A stretch of 64,000 nucleotides of DNA from an uncultured delta proteobacterium (GCA_963716895.1 CAVQUJ010000006.1:175750-239749), one strand, 5' to 3'. Positions 19,030-30,527 are shown, numbered from the stretch's first letter. Numbers and translations are program-made. The notes: a model not told the origin generated them from the letters alone.

Positions 19030-19719
19030 CTAGCTCCGGGTGAGCAGCAGCGTGCGCGGGTCGAGCGCCACGCGCAGGGCCGAGGGGTTCTGGCTCTCGT
19101 GGTCCTTCAGCGCGCGCAGCGCCACGCTCTTGCCGTCGGGCTCGAGCGCGAGGATCACCCCGAACGCGTCCCGCGAGGAGGCGAGCGCGCCAGGCAGGCC
19201 GTCCACCTTCTCGCCCGGGCACGCGACGGACAGCCAGAGCTCGGCGCCGAGCTCCTGCGCGAGAGCCTTGAGGTCGAGCAGCTCGTCGCGCGAGCCGCGC
19301 GCGGCGTCGAAGTTCTCGAGGATGACGAGCGCGGGTGCGCTGGCCGTCTCCTGCTGGATCTTCACCGCCTCGCGCAGCTTCGCCGCGCCGAAGCTCGCCG
19401 AAGTGACCGCGCGGATGCTGCGGCGCCGGTCCACGTCGGCGTGCACCTGCGGCGCGTCTTCGAGCCGCCCGGACGAAGCGAGCTCGTCGAACAGCGTGTC
19501 GTAGTGGGCGCGCGTGTGGGCGACCGTCTGATCGATCGCGATGTGCAGGACGTGGCCGCCACGGAGCAGCTCGTCGAGCGCGACGCCGACCAGGAACGAG
19601 GTCTTGCCGATGCCGTGGCCGGCGAGCACGAGGCCGAGGTTGCCCTTGCCGAGCCCGCCGTGCAGGCCCTTCTCGAGCAGTCGCACCGGACTCCGGGCCG
19701 TCAGGAACTTCTGGTACAT
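19030..19719 (-). CDS. KaiC/RecA-superfamily single-domain ATPase-like protein
   Basis: Intact 229 aa. Walker A LAGHGIGKTSF, Walker B-like PALVILENFD. Size and layout resemble one KaiC/RadA-like domain. Confidence 0.6.
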   Translation of the reverse strand: MYQKFLTARSPVRLLEKGLHGGLGKGNLGLVLAGHGIGKTSFLVGVALDELLRGGHVLHIAIDQTVAHTRAHYDTLFDELASSGRLEDAPQVHADVDRRRSIRAVTSASFGAAKLREAVKIQQETASAPALVILENFDAARGSRDELLDLKALAQELGAELWLSVACPGEKVDGLPGALASSRDAFGVILALEPDGKSVALRALKDHESQNPSALRVALDPRTLLLTRS

Positions 19720-19799
19720 GCGCCAATCCTACCCCTTCGCTCACCTGCGGCTCGCTGCGCGGGACGACGCCCGTCCGCCCGCGCGGACCCGGCGCTCGC

Positions 19800-21899
19800 C
19801 TACTCCTCATCCCCGCCCTTGACGCGGGTGCCGTACTTCTTGATGAGCTCCTCGGTGACGTCGCGCGGCGCCGGGGCGTAGCGCGCGAACTCGAGGGTGA
19901 ACTCGGCCTTGCCCTGCGTGTTCGAGCGCAGGTCGGTGGCGTAGCCGAACATCGAGGCGAGCGGCACCTCGGCTTCGACCTGGCAGAAGCCCTCCGCCTC
20001 GGTGGTGCCGATCACGGTGCCGCGCCGCTGCAGGATCGTCTTCAGCACCGCGCCCTGGAACTCGATGGGGCCCTCGACGCCGAGCTTCATCAGCGGCTCG
20101 AGGATGATCGGCTTCGCGCGCGGGTAGACCTCGCGGAAGGCGCCGCGCGCGGCGGCCTGGAAGGCGTTGTCCGAGGAGTCCACCGAGTGGGCGGCACCGT
20201 CGTTCAGCACCACGCGCAGACCGATCACCGGGAAGCCGATCAGCCGGCCCTTGCCGATCATCGAGCGGAAGCCCTTCTCCACCGACGGGATGAACTCGTT
20301 CGGCACCGAGCCGCCGCGCACCTCGTCCACGAACTCGAAGTCCTTGCTGCCGTCGGTGATCGGCTCGATGTAGCCGCCGATCTTGCCGTACTGGCCGGAG
20401 CCGCCGGTCTGCTTCTTGTGCACGTACAGGTAGTCGGCGCGCTGCGAGATCGTCTCGCGGTACGCCACCTGGGGCGCGCCCGTCTCGACCTCGACCTGAT
20501 ACTCGCGCCGCATGCGCTCGACGTAGACGTCGAGGTGCAGCTCGCCCATGCCCGAGATGATGGTCTCGCCGCTCTCGGGATCCACGGCGGCGCGGAAGGT
20601 CGGGTCCTCGCGCACGAAGCGGCCGAGCGCCTTGCTGAAGTTGCCCTGGCTCTTCGAGTCCTTGGTCTTGATCGAGAGCGAGATCACGGCCTCCGGCACG
20701 AACATCGAGCTCATCGCGACTTCGATGCTGCCGTCGGTGAAGGTGTCGCCGGAGGCGCAGTCCACGCCGAACAGCGCCACGATGTCGCCGCCCGCCGAGC
20801 TCTCGATCTCCTCCATGTCGTTGGCGTGCATGCGCACCAGCCGGCCCACCTTCACGCGCTTCTTGGTGCGCGAGTTGGTGAGCGTCTGGCCGCGCGTGAG
20901 CATGCCCTGGTAGACGCGCACGTAGGTGAGCTGGCCGTAGCGGCCGTCTTCGAGCTTGAAGGCGAGCGCCACCAGCGGCTTGTTCGGATCGGACGAGAGC
21001 GCGATCGGCTGCTCGTCGTTCTCGAGATCGATCGCGGTGTTCTGCACGTCTTCGGGGCTCGGCAGGTACGCGTTCACGGCGTCGAGCAGCGGCTGCACGC
21101 CCTTGTTCTTGTAGGCGCTGCCGAGGAACACCGGACACAGCCCGAGCGAGAGCACGCCGTTGCGGACGGCGCCGCGGATCAGATCCTCGGTCACCTTCTC
21201 CTCGAGGATGGCCTCGGTGAGCTCGTCGGAGAACATCGAGACGGCGTCGAGCATCTGCTCGCGCGCGGACTCGGCCTCGGCGCGCAGCGCAGCCGGGATC
21301 TCCTCCTCGATGATGTGCTCGCCGTTGTCGCCGTCGAAGCGCAGCGCCTTCATCGTGACGAGGTCGACCATCCCCTGGAAGTTCGCCTCGAGGCCGATCG
21401 GGATCTGCATCAGCACCGCGTTGAGCTTCAGCTTGTCGCGGAGGCCCTCGACGACGCGGCGCGGGTTCGCGCCCGAGCGGTCGAGCTTGTTGATGAACGC
21501 GAGGCGCGGGACCTTGTAGCGCCGCATCTGCCGGTCGACGGTCATCGACTGCGACTGCACGCCTGCCACGCCGCAGAGCACCAGGATCGCGCCGTCGAGC
21601 ACGCGCAGCGAGCGCTCCACCTCGATGGTGAAGTCCACGTGGCCGGGCGTGTCGATGATGTTGACGTGGTTGCCCTTCCACTCGCAGTACGTGGCGGCCG
21701 ACTGGATCGTGATGCCGCGCTCGCGCTCGAGCTCCATGAAGTCCATGGTGGCGCCGACCTGATCCTTGCCCTTCACCTCGTGGATCTTGTGGATGCGCTG
21801 CGTGTAGAAGAGGATGCGCTCGGTCAGCGTGGTCTTGCCCGAATCGATGTGGGCGCTGATGCCGATGTTGCGGATCTTGGCGAGCTCGAGTGTGGCCAT
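19800..21899 (-). CDS. fusA: elongation factor G paralog (EF-G2-like translational GTPase)
   Basis: 699 aa from ATG 21899 ([31 protein letters not shown]). G1 [10 protein letters not shown]3 DTPGHVDF, G4 NKLD, and domains II-V are recognisable throughout. Not next to rpsL/rpsG/tuf, so it is a second copy. Confidence 0.9.
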   Translation of the reverse strand: MATLELAKIRNIGISAHIDSGKTTLTERILFYTQRIHKIHEVKGKDQVGATMDFMELERERGITIQSAATYCEWKGNHVNIIDTPGHVDFTIEVERSLRVLDGAILVLCGVAGVQSQSMTVDRQMRRYKVPRLAFINKLDRSGANPRRVVEGLRDKLKLNAVLMQIPIGLEANFQGMVDLVTMKALRFDGDNGEHIIEEEIPAALRAEAESAREQMLDAVSMFSDELTEAILEEKVTEDLIRGAVRNGVLSLGLCPVFLGSAYKNKGVQPLLDAVNAYLPSPEDVQNTAIDLENDEQPIALSSDPNKPLVALAFKLEDGRYGQLTYVRVYQGMLTRGQTLTNSRTKKRVKVGRLVRMHANDMEEIESSAGGDIVALFGVDCASGDTFTDGSIEVAMSSMFVPEAVISLSIKTKDSKSQGNFSKALGRFVREDPTFRAAVDPESGETIISGMGELHLDVYVERMRREYQVEVETGAPQVAYRETISQRADYLYVHKKQTGGSGQYGKIGGYIEPITDGSKDFEFVDEVRGGSVPNEFIPSVEKGFRSMIGKGRLIGFPVIGLRVVLNDGAAHSVDSSDNAFQAAARGAFREVYPRAKPIILEPLMKLGVEGPIEFQGAVLKTILQRRGTVIGTTEAEGFCQVEAEVPLASMFGYATDLRSNTQGKAEFTLEFARYAPAPRDVTEELIKKYGTRVKGGDEE

Positions 21900-22029
21900 G
21901 ACGAAGTGAATCCAGTTGGGAGAAGGGATGCGGCCGCCCGCGGCGGCGCCCCGGCAACGCGCCCCGTAGCGGGCGCATCCCGGGGGACGGGCGCGGGAAG
22001 TTAGAGGAGGAAAGGATGGGAGCAAGCGG

Positions 22030-22046
22030 CCGCCCCGCGGGGGCGG
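22030..22046 (-). terminator. GC hairpin just downstream of the atuA-like stop
   Basis: CCGCCCC-GCG-GGGGCGG, 4 nt below the stop at 22051-22053. It separates the carboxylase operon from the EF-G gene. Confidence 0.4.
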
Positions 22047-22050
22047 TCGG

Positions 22051-23876
22051 TCAGATCAACGCCTCCGGCATCTCGACGACCCGCGCGCGCAGCCACTCGC
22101 CGAGGCTCTTCGCCTGCGGGTCGGGCCGCGATCGACGACGGCCACGCCCTCGCCGAGCAGGCCCGACGATCGACGAAGTTGAGCGCGCGCAGGTTCGGCA
22201 GCTCGTAGCGGCGCACCTCGAGCGGCGGCGCGTCTCGGGCAGCAGCTGCCTGCAGGCGCTCGACCGTGAGGAAGCGCTCGAGCCAGGCGTAGGCAGCGTC
22301 GCTGCGCGCCCACACGCCGAGGTTCGCGTTGCCGCCCTTGTCGCCCGAGCGCGCGCCGAAGAGCGCGGCCGAGCGGCGCGCGGCGCGTCGGGCCGGCCGG
22401 CGGCGCGGCGGAGCGCCGGCTGCGCGACGGCGACGCGAGCGCGCGGCTTCGGCTCGCGCGGGCGGAATCGCGGACGCGCGCGGCCGTCGGGCAGCACCGC
22501 CCGCTGCGCCACCTCGCGCGCCGGCACGAGCGCCGGCCAGTAGACGCCGTAGGCGCTCGCGTCGCCGGGCGGGCTCGTCGCGTAGAAGCCCGGGATAGCT
22601 CGCGAGCACCGAGCTCGATCGACCGCGTTCGAGAACGCGCGCCCGACCTTGCGCTCGTCGCGGATCCTTCACCGTGATCCGCAGGCAGCGCGGTCGCCTG
22701 CTCGTTGCGTGTCGGGATCGGGCCAGGTCGGTGCGCGTCGAGCTGGAAGTGCGAGCTCGCGCGGCGCGCGCGCGGCCCGGCGAAGCGCGCGCGCAGCGTG
22801 CGCTCGACCAGCGCCGCCTTCTCCTCGACGTCGAGCCCGGTCAGACGAGCAGCGTCATCGAGTTGCGGAAGCCGCCCGCGTAGTTGATGCACACCTTGAG
22901 CTCGCCGGCGGCGCGGCTCGCCGCGCACGCCGGAGACGCGCACGCGGTCGGGCCCGGCCTGCTCGAGGCGGATCGTGTCGAAGCGCGCGACGACGTCGGG
23001 GTTCGCGTACTCGGGCCCGGCGATCTCGTAGAGCAGCTGCGCCGTCACGGTGCCGACCGAGACCTAGCCCGCCCGTGCCCGGGTGCTTCGTCACCACGAA
23101 CGAGCCGTCGGGCTCGATCTCGGCGAGCGGGAAGCCCGGGTGCTCGAGGCCCGGGCACCTCGCGGAAGAAGGCGTAGTTGCCGCCGGTCGCCTGCGGCGC
23201 CGCACTCGAGGACGTGCCCGGCGACGACCATGCTCGCGAGCCGGTCCCAGTCGTCGCGCGCCCAGCCGTAGTGCCAGGCGGCGGGGCCGACCACGAGCGA
23301 GGCGTCGGTCACGCGCGGGCAGACCACGACGTCGGCGCCCGCGCTCGAGGCACGCGGCGATGCCGAAGGCGCCGAGGTAGGCGTTGGCGGAGACCGGCTG
23401 CGACGCCCTCCGCCGCGAGCGTGCGGCCCGTGTCGAGGTGCGCGAGCGCGTGTCCCTTCTGCTGCAGCTCGCCGAGCCGCGGCAGCAGGTCGTCGCCCTC
23501 GACGTGCGCGATCTTCGCGTCGAGGCCGAGCTTCGCCGACGAGCTCGCGCAGCTTCGCGGCGAGGCCGGCCGGGTTGAGGCCGCCCGCGTTCACGACGAT
23601 CGCGCACGCCGCTTCTCGAGCGCGAGCCCGAGCACGTCCTCCATCTGGCGCAGGAACGTCGCCGCGTAGCCGGCCGACGGCGTCGCGCTGCCGCGCCCTT
23701 CCAGAGGATCAGCATCGTCAGCTCGGCGAGGTAGTCGCCGGTCAGGAAGTCGATCGGGCCGCCCTCGAGCATCTCGCGCGCCGCGGCGAGGCGGTCGCCG
23801 TAGAAGCCCGAGCAGTTCGCGATGCGCAGGCCCGGGGCGCCGCGCGGCTTCCAGCGCCGCGCCCGCCGGCGCTCAT
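22051..23876 (-). pseudogene. atuA: AtuA-family protein (acyclic terpene utilisation, DUF1446), many frame breaks
   Basis: LRIANCSGFYGDRLAAAREMLEGGPIDFLTGDYLAELTMLILWK, NAGGLNPAGLAAKLREL, ADVVVCPRVTDASLVVGPAAWHYGW, GHVLECGAA, GFPLAEIEPDGSFVVTKHPGTGG, TAQLLYEIAGPEYANPDVVARFDTIRLEQ, C-terminal GDKGGNANLGVWAR...LPNLRALNF...[15 protein letters not shown]. These are spread over all three frames. Confidence 0.7.
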
Positions 23877-24641
23877 CGCGCCCTCCAGACGGGCGCGCGC
23901 TTCTCGCGGAAGGCGCGCGGCCCCTCCTGCGCGTCCTCGCTCTCGTACACGGACTTCCAGATGCGGTCGCCCTCGGCGAGGCCGCTCTCGAGGCTCGCGC
24001 CGGCCACCGCGTAGACCATGCGCTTGCGCCGCGCGCACCGAGAGCGGCGCGTTCTTCGCGATCACCGCCGCGAGCGCGCGCGCCTGCGTCGCAGCAGCTC
24101 GTCCTTCGGCACCACGCGGTTCACGAGGCCGATCTCGCGGGCGCGCTCCGCGCGTGAGCGGCTCGGCCGTCACGATCAGCTCGAGCGCTACGCGCGGCGG
24201 GATCAGCCACGGCAGCGGCGCGGCCCACGGCGCGCCGCGGCTCCACTTCGCCTCGGTGATGGCGAAGCGCGCGTCGTCGGCGGCGACGCACAGGTCGCAC
24301 ATCTGCGCGAGCGCGAAGCCGCCGGCGTACGCCGCGCCCTGCACCGCCGCGATCACGGGCTTGTCGGTGTGGAGGTTCCGTCCGAGCTGCGGCAGGAAGT
24401 CCGGCGGCGGCACCTGGAGCCCGAGCGCGGCCATCTCCTTCAGGTCGGCGCCGGCGCAGAACGTGTCGCCCGTCGACGCGAGAACCGCGACGCGCGCCGC
24501 GTCGTCGGCGACGAAGCGGCGGAAGCCGTCCCAGAGCCCCTCGCGGAGCGCTCGGTTGAGCGCGTTCTTCTCCTCGGGGCGGTCGATCACGATCGTGGCG
24601 ACGCCGTCCGCGAGCTCGTAGTGCACCGCGCCGTCAGCCAT
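23873..24641 (-). pseudogene. enoyl-CoA hydratase/isomerase (crotonase family; AtuE/LiuC-like), 2-3 frame breaks
   Basis: MADGAVHYELADGVATIVIDRPEEKNAL, GDTFCAGADLKEM, AVQGAAYAGGFALAQMCDL. C-terminal EGPRAFREKRAPVW is in another frame. Stop overlaps the atuA-like ATG (ATGA). Confidence 0.75.
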
Positions 24642-26661
24642 CGGCTGCCTCCTCGTCGATCACGGCGAGCACGAGCGCCCGCCTCCACCTGCTGGCCGGC
24701 GCTGCACGCGAGAGCGCGCTCACGCGGCCGGCCGCGCGGCGCGCGGATCAGCTGCTCCATCTTCATCGCCTCGAGCACGAGCAGCGCGTCGCCCTTCGCG
24801 ACGCGCGTCGCCGACGGCGACGAGCACCTGCTTCACGAGCCCGGGCATCGGCGCCACCAGCGAGCCCGACGCCAGCTCGGCCTCGGGCTCCGCGAAGCGC
24901 GGCAGCGCGCGCAGCTCGCTCGCGCCGAGCGCGCTGTCGACGAACACGCGCTCGCCGACGCGGTGCACGGCGAAGCGGCGGCGCACGCCGTCGGCCTCGA
25001 GGTCGACGACGTCGGGCGCAGCCGCGTGGAGCCGGAGCCCGGCCACCGCCTCGTCGCCCACGCGCGCGCGCAGCCCCTCGCGCGCGAACCGGTACGCGCA
25101 CCGGCGAGCGCGCTCGCCGCGCCGCTCGAAGACCAGCTCCTGGTCCTGGGACGGCACGTTGCGCCAGCCCGAGGGCAGCGCACCGAGCACGGCGCGCTCG
25201 CGCGCGTGCGCTCGGCCTGGAGCGCGAGCGCGCCGCGAGCGCGTGGAGCCGCTCGCCCGCCGCGTCGACAGAGCGGCGCGCCGAGCGTCTGCGGGCCGAT
25301 GGCGCTCGAGGAAGTGGGTGTCGGTGCGCGCCGGCGAGGAACTCCGGATGGCGCAGGATCCGCACCAGCAGGTCGCGGTTCGTGTGCGGGCCGTGGATGC
25401 GCGCGCGCGCGAGCGCGCGCGCCAGCTTCGCCGCCGCCTCGGCGCGCGTCTCGCGCCCACGCGATCACCTTCGCGAGCATCGGGTCGTAGTGGACCGAGA
25501 CCTCGGAGCCGTCCTCGACGCCCGCGTCGAGCCGCAAGCCCGGGCGCCGCGTCGAAGGCGAAGCGATGGAGCGTCGCCGGTCGCGGGCGCGAAGCCGCGC
25601 TCGGGATCCTCGGCGTAGAGGCGCACCTCGATCGCGTGGCCGCGCTGCGGCGGCACGTCCGCCTGCGCCGGCAGCGGCGCGCCGCGCGCCACCTCGATCT
25701 GGAGCCGCACCAGGTCGAGGCCGGTCACGCAGCTCGGTCACCGGATGCTCGACCTGGAGGCGCGTGTTCACCTCGAGGAAGAAGAACTCGCCGGACGGCG
25801 CGAGCAGGAACTCGACGGTGCCGGCGCTCCGGTAGCCGATCGCCTCGCCCGCCGCGACCGCGGCCTTGCAGATCGCCTCGCGCAGCGCGCCGCCGACGGC
25901 CGGGCTCGGCGACTCCTCGACGATCTTCTGGTGGCGGCGCTGGATCGAGCACTCGCGCTCGTAGAGGTGGATCACGCGGCCGTGCGCGTCGCCGAAGATC
26001 TGCACCTCGACGTGGCGCGCGCCCTCGAGGTAGCGCTCGAGGTAGACGGTGCCGTCGCCGAAGGCGGAGTGCGCCTCGCGCGCGCGCGGCAGCCACCGCC
26101 TCGGCGAGCGCCGCGGCCTCGCGCACGACGCGCATGCCCCGCCCGCCGCCGCCGGCCGACGCCTTCACGAGCAGCGGGAGGCCGAGCTCCTCGGCGAGCG
26201 TCGGCCAGCTCGGCCGGCGCGTGCGCCGCCGAGATCTCGCGGCTCGGCAGCAGCGGCACGCCCGCCGCGCTGCATGCGCCGCTTCGCCTCGAGCTTCGCT
26301 GCCCATCGCCGCGATCGCCTCGGGCGGCGGCCCGACGAACAGCAGCCCCGCCGCGCGCGCAGGCCGCGGCGAAGGCCGCGTTCTCCGACAGGAAGCCGTA
26401 GCCCGGGATGGACCGCGTCGGCGCCGCGTCGCGCGCGCCGCCGCGAGGATCTTCGTCGATGCGCAGGTACGACTCCGCCGGGCGTGGCGCCGCCGAGCGC
26501 CACCGCCTCGTCGGCCTCGCGCACGAAGGGCGCGTCGCCGGTCGGGCTCCGCGTAGACGGCGACGGTGCGCGATGCCCAGCTCGCGGCAGGTGCGCTGGA
26601 TGCGCCGCGCGATCTCGCCCCGGTTCGCGATCAGGAGCTTGCTGCATCGCGCGCGCGTCAC
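24634..26661 (-). pseudogene. acyl-CoA carboxylase alpha subunit (biotin carboxylase + biotin carboxyl carrier; geranyl-/methylcrotonyl-CoA carboxylase type), many frame breaks
   Basis: [121 protein letters not shown], biotinyl site LEAMKMEQ near 24760-24783. Confidence 0.8.
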
Positions 26662-28265
26662 ATCCGGAACACGCCGAACTCGCGCGCGCCGCGCGACCTC
26701 GTTCGAGTGGCACGGCCGAGAGCGCGAGGCCGAGCGCGGTGCGGCTGTCGCGCGGGTCGAGGATGCCGTCGTCGAGCAGCCGCCCGCTCGTGAACGCCAC
26801 CAGCGACTCGCGCTCGATCTGCTCCTCGATCGCCGCGCGCCGCTGCGCGTCGGCCTCCTCGTCGAAGGGCTTGCCCGCCGCGGCCGCCGCCTGGCGCGCC
26901 ACGATCGAGAGCGTGCCCGCGAGCTGCTCGGGGCCCATCACCGCCGTCTTCGCGTTCGGCCACAGGAACAGGAAGCGCGGCTTGTAGGCGCGGCCGCTCA
27001 TGCCGTAGTTGCCCGCGCCGTAGGAGCCGCCCACCTGGAGCGTCAGGTGCGGCACCGCGCTGTTCGAGACCGCGTTCACCATCAGCGAGCCGTGCTTGAT
27101 GATGCCGCCCTGCTCGTAGCGCTTGCCGACCATGTAGCCGGTGACGTTCTGGAGGAAGAGCAGCGGCGTGTCGATCTGGTTCGCGAGCTGGATGAACTGC
27201 GCCGCCTTCTGCGCCTCCTCCGAGAACAGCACGCCCTGGTCGTTCGCGAGGATGCCGAGCTCGTGGCCGTAGCAGGCGCGCCCAGCCCGTCACCAGGTTC
27301 GTGCCGTAGAGCGGCTTGAACTCGTCGAAGTCGGAGTCGTCGACGAGCCGCGCGATCACCTCGCGGATCGGGAACGGCACCTTGAGGTCGGCCGACGGCG
27401 ATCCCGAGCAGCTCCTCCGGGTCGTAGCGCGGCTCGCTGCGGCGCGGCGCGTCGGGCCCGGGCCGCGCTTCCTCCAGTGGAGCCGCGCCACGATGCGGCG
27501 CCCGAGCCGCAGCGCGTCGCGCTCGTCCACCGCCATGTAGTCGGCGAGCCCCGGACTTGCGCGCGTGCATCTCGGCGCCGCCGAGCTCCTCGTCGTTCGC
27601 GTCCTCGCCGGTCGCCATCTTCACGAGCGGCGGCCCGCCGAGGAACACCTTGGCGCGCTCCTTCACCATCACCACGTAGTCGGACATGCCGGGCAGGTAG
27701 GCGCCGCCCGCGGTGGAGTTGCCGAACACGAGCGAGATCGTCGGCACGCGCGCGGCCGAGGAGCGCGTGAGGTTCCGGAACATCGCGCCGCCGGGGATGA
27801 AGACCTCGGCCTGGCGCGGCAGGTCCGCGCCGCCCGACTCGACCAGGAACAGCGAGCGGCAGGCGGTTCTCGAGCGAGATCTCGTAGGCGCGGAGCATCT
27901 TCGCGAGCGTGTACGGGTTGATCGAGCCGCCGAGGCTGGTCGGGTCGTTGGCGAGCACCACGCACTCGGTGCCTTCGATCACGCCGACGCCGGTGACGAG
28001 GCTCGCGCCGACCTTGTACTCGGTGGTCGGCCGCGGCGATCGGCGAGAGCTCGAGGAAGGGCGAGTCGGGGTCGAGCAGCAGCTCGATCCGCTCGCGCGC
28101 GAGCAGCTTGCCGCGCGCGTGATGGCGCTCGACGTAGCGCTCGCCGCCGCCGGCCCGCGCCTGGTCGAGCAGCGCCTCGAGACGCGCGAGCTTGTCGAGC
28201 ATGGCGGCGCGGTTGGCGCGGTAGCTCTCCGAGGCGGTGTCGAGGTGCGAGCGCAGGACGGGCAT
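26658..28265 (-). pseudogene. acyl-CoA carboxylase beta subunit (carboxyltransferase; AtuC/LiuB/MccB type), several frame breaks
   Basis: [139 protein letters not shown]. 536 codons overall, as expected for this family. Confidence 0.8.
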
Positions 28266-28316
28266 GTGCGCCTCGCACTTTAGTAGATTGGGACGATCGA
28301 GCCGAAGGAGGATTCC

Positions 28317-29516
28317 ATGGCGACTGCCAGTCACGCACCGGTCGCGGCGCCGGCCTTCGCCCTGACCCCCGAGCAGGAGGCCACCCTCGAGCTCGCCGAC
28401 AAGTTCGGGCGGGCCGAGCTGGCCCCGCTCTCCCGGCGGATGGACGACGAGGAGTGGTGGCCGCCGGAGGTCTTCCCGAAGCTCGGCCGCGCCGGGCTGC
28501 TGGGCGTCACCATCCCGGCCGCGGAAGGCGGCCCCGGGCTCGACGTGTTCGCGAGCGCGTTGATCCTCCAGGGGCTCTCGCGCTGGAATCCGGCCGTGGC
28601 GCTCTCGTGGCTCGCGCACGAGAACCTGTGCGTGAACAACATCCTGCGGAACGGCGACGCCGAGCAGCGCCGCCGCTACCTGCCGGGCCTCGCGGACGGC
28701 ACGCAGGTGGGCGCGCTCGCGCTCACGGAGCCCGGCGCCGGCTCCGACGCGATCGGCAGCATGGCCACCACCGCGAAGCGCGACGGCGACCACTACCTGC
28801 TGCGCGGCCGCAAGCTCTACATCACGAACGGACCGATCGCGGACGTGATCCTGGTCTACGCGAAGACGGCGCCCGACAAGGGGGCGCGTGGCATCTCGGC
28901 GTTCATCGTCGAGAAGGGCTTCCCCGGCTTCGCGGTGGCGCAGAAGCTCATCAAGATGGGCTGCCGCGGCTCGCCGACCGGCGAGCTGGTGTTCGACGAC
29001 TGCCGCGTGCCGGTCGCGAACCGGATCGGCGCCGAGAACGCGGGCGTCGCGGTGCTGATGAGCGGCCTCGATCTCGAACGCGCGGTGGCGGCGGCCATCT
29101 CGGTCGGCGCCGCCGAGCGGCTGCTCGAGCTGTCGCTCGACTACGCGCGCGAGCGCAAGCAGTTCGGCAAGCCGATCGCCGAGTTCCAGATGATCCAGGC
29201 CAAGCTCGCCGACATGTACGTGGGTGTGGAGACGATGAAGGGCCTCGCGTACAAGGCGCTCGCGGCGGTGAACGACCTCGAGGCGGGCGCGGGCGGGCGG
29301 GGGGAGGTGCACAAGCTCTGCGCGGCGGCGCTGCTGCACGCGGCCGAGGCGTGCTCGAAGATCGCCTCCGACGCCGTGCAGATCCACGGCGGCGCCGGCT
29401 ACATGTGGGAGATGGAGGTGAACCGCATCTACCGTGCCACGAAGCTGATCGAGATCGGCGCCGGCACGAGCGAGGTGCGGCGCATGATCATCGCCGAGGA
29501 GCTGCTGCGCGCCTAA
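28317..29516 (+). CDS. acyl-CoA dehydrogenase (isovaleryl-/citronellyl-CoA dehydrogenase-like)
   Basis: Intact 399 aa. ALTEPGAGSDA, YITNGPIADV, QIHGGAGYMWE, IEIGAGTSEVRR. RBS GAAGGAGG before ATG 28317. Divergent from the carboxylase genes. Confidence 0.9.
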   Translation: MATASHAPVAAPAFALTPEQEATLELADKFGRAELAPLSRRMDDEEWWPPEVFPKLGRAGLLGVTIPAAEGGPGLDVFASALILQGLSRWNPAVALSWLAHENLCVNNILRNGDAEQRRRYLPGLADGTQVGALALTEPGAGSDAIGSMATTAKRDGDHYLLRGRKLYITNGPIADVILVYAKTAPDKGARGISAFIVEKGFPGFAVAQKLIKMGCRGSPTGELVFDDCRVPVANRIGAENAGVAVLMSGLDLERAVAAAISVGAAERLLELSLDYARERKQFGKPIAEFQMIQAKLADMYVGVETMKGLAYKALAAVNDLEAGAGGRGEVHKLCAAALLHAAEACSKIASDAVQIHGGAGYMWEMEVNRIYRATKLIEIGAGTSEVRRMIIAEELLRA

Positions 29517-30511
29517 CGCTTGGTCTGGACCTTCCTGTAGAGATCCTCGAGCTGCGAGGCGAGCAGCTTGCTCCCGATCTCGCGCTTGGCGCCTCCGCCG
29601 AAGCCCAGCACCTGGTCGGTCGAGGTGCGGTTCGAGTAGACGACGAGCGTGCCGGTCTTCATCGGCAGGAACGCGGAGATCGCCTGCTCGCAGTTGTAGC
29701 CGCCGCTCACGTAGAACTGGCGCTGCGTGACGACCCAGCCGTCGCCGTCGGGGACGTAGAGGCCGTGCGCGAGCGCGAGCGTCGGCACGCCGTGGGCCAT
29801 GATGTGCGACCAGCGGTACGTCTCCTCGGTGCCGGCAGGCTTCGAGGCCGGGTAGTCGAGGAGGTACTGATACGCCGCCGGCACCAGCGTCTGGAGCCGC
29901 TTCGTGGCGGTGGTGGCGGAGCGCAGCTCGTCGCCCGGTGCGCGCGTCTTCCCGCCGTCGCGCGCGTAGGGCGCGATGCCCGCCAGCCCCTTTGCCTGAT
30001 ACGCCTGGAGGCGCGCGAGGAGCGCGCTCCGCACGGCCCCTTCGACCGCCGCCGTCGAGGCACCGGTTCCGAGCCCGTCGAACGTGGCGAGCTCCGCGGC
30101 GGAGAGGTTGAGATCGGTGCCGGGGCTCGCGCTCACGTACGCCTGGGCGCGCTTCTGGGCGTCGGGCTGGAGGGTGAGCTTCGCGAAGCTGTCGAGGCTC
30201 GGTGCGCCCTGGATCATCGAGAAGGCGATGGTGTTCGAATCCGTCTTGTCGATGAGGCCCGAACGAAGCTGGCTCAGGAGATCCTTGGGCGGCGTCTGCA
30301 CGAGGAAGGCGAACGCGGCAACGATCTCGCGGTCGGAGCTCGGCTTGATGTCGGCGGACACGAAGCTCCCCGCCTGGACCTGCGCGATCTGGTCCGGCGT
30401 GAAGCCGAGGTCCGCGAGGAGCGTCGCAGCATCCGGCAGCTCCGCGGCCGCGGGCTGTCCCGCCGCCACGAGGAGCATCGCGAGCGCGGCCTCGGCCAGT
30501 CTGTTCCGCAT
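29513..30511 (-). CDS. exported hypothetical protein (332 aa)
   Basis: Intact. Signal peptide MRNRLAEAALAMLLVAAGQPAAA. No family recognised. Stop overlaps the ACAD stop (CTAA). Confidence 0.6.
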   Translation of the reverse strand: MRNRLAEAALAMLLVAAGQPAAAELPDAATLLADLGFTPDQIAQVQAGSFVSADIKPSSDREIVAAFAFLVQTPPKDLLSQLRSGLIDKTDSNTIAFSMIQGAPSLDSFAKLTLQPDAQKRAQAYVSASPGTDLNLSAAELATFDGLGTGASTAAVEGAVRSALLARLQAYQAKGLAGIAPYARDGGKTRAPGDELRSATTATKRLQTLVPAAYQYLLDYPASKPAGTEETYRWSHIMAHGVPTLALAHGLYVPDGDGWVVTQRQFYVSGGYNCEQAISAFLPMKTGTLVVYSNRTSTDQVLGFGGGAKREIGSKLLASQLEDLYRKVQTKR

Positions 30512-30527
30512 GGTCGATGTACTCCGG

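Noticed and set aside
28266-28316. AT-richer motif CACTTTAGTAGATTGGGAC between the carboxylase operon and the acyl-CoA dehydrogenase, as a defined AtuR/LiuR operator
   Set aside because: It has no clear dyad symmetry and no regulator gene is adjacent. It is likely just the overlapping divergent promoters. Mentioned under the Atu/Liu finding but not called as a feature.
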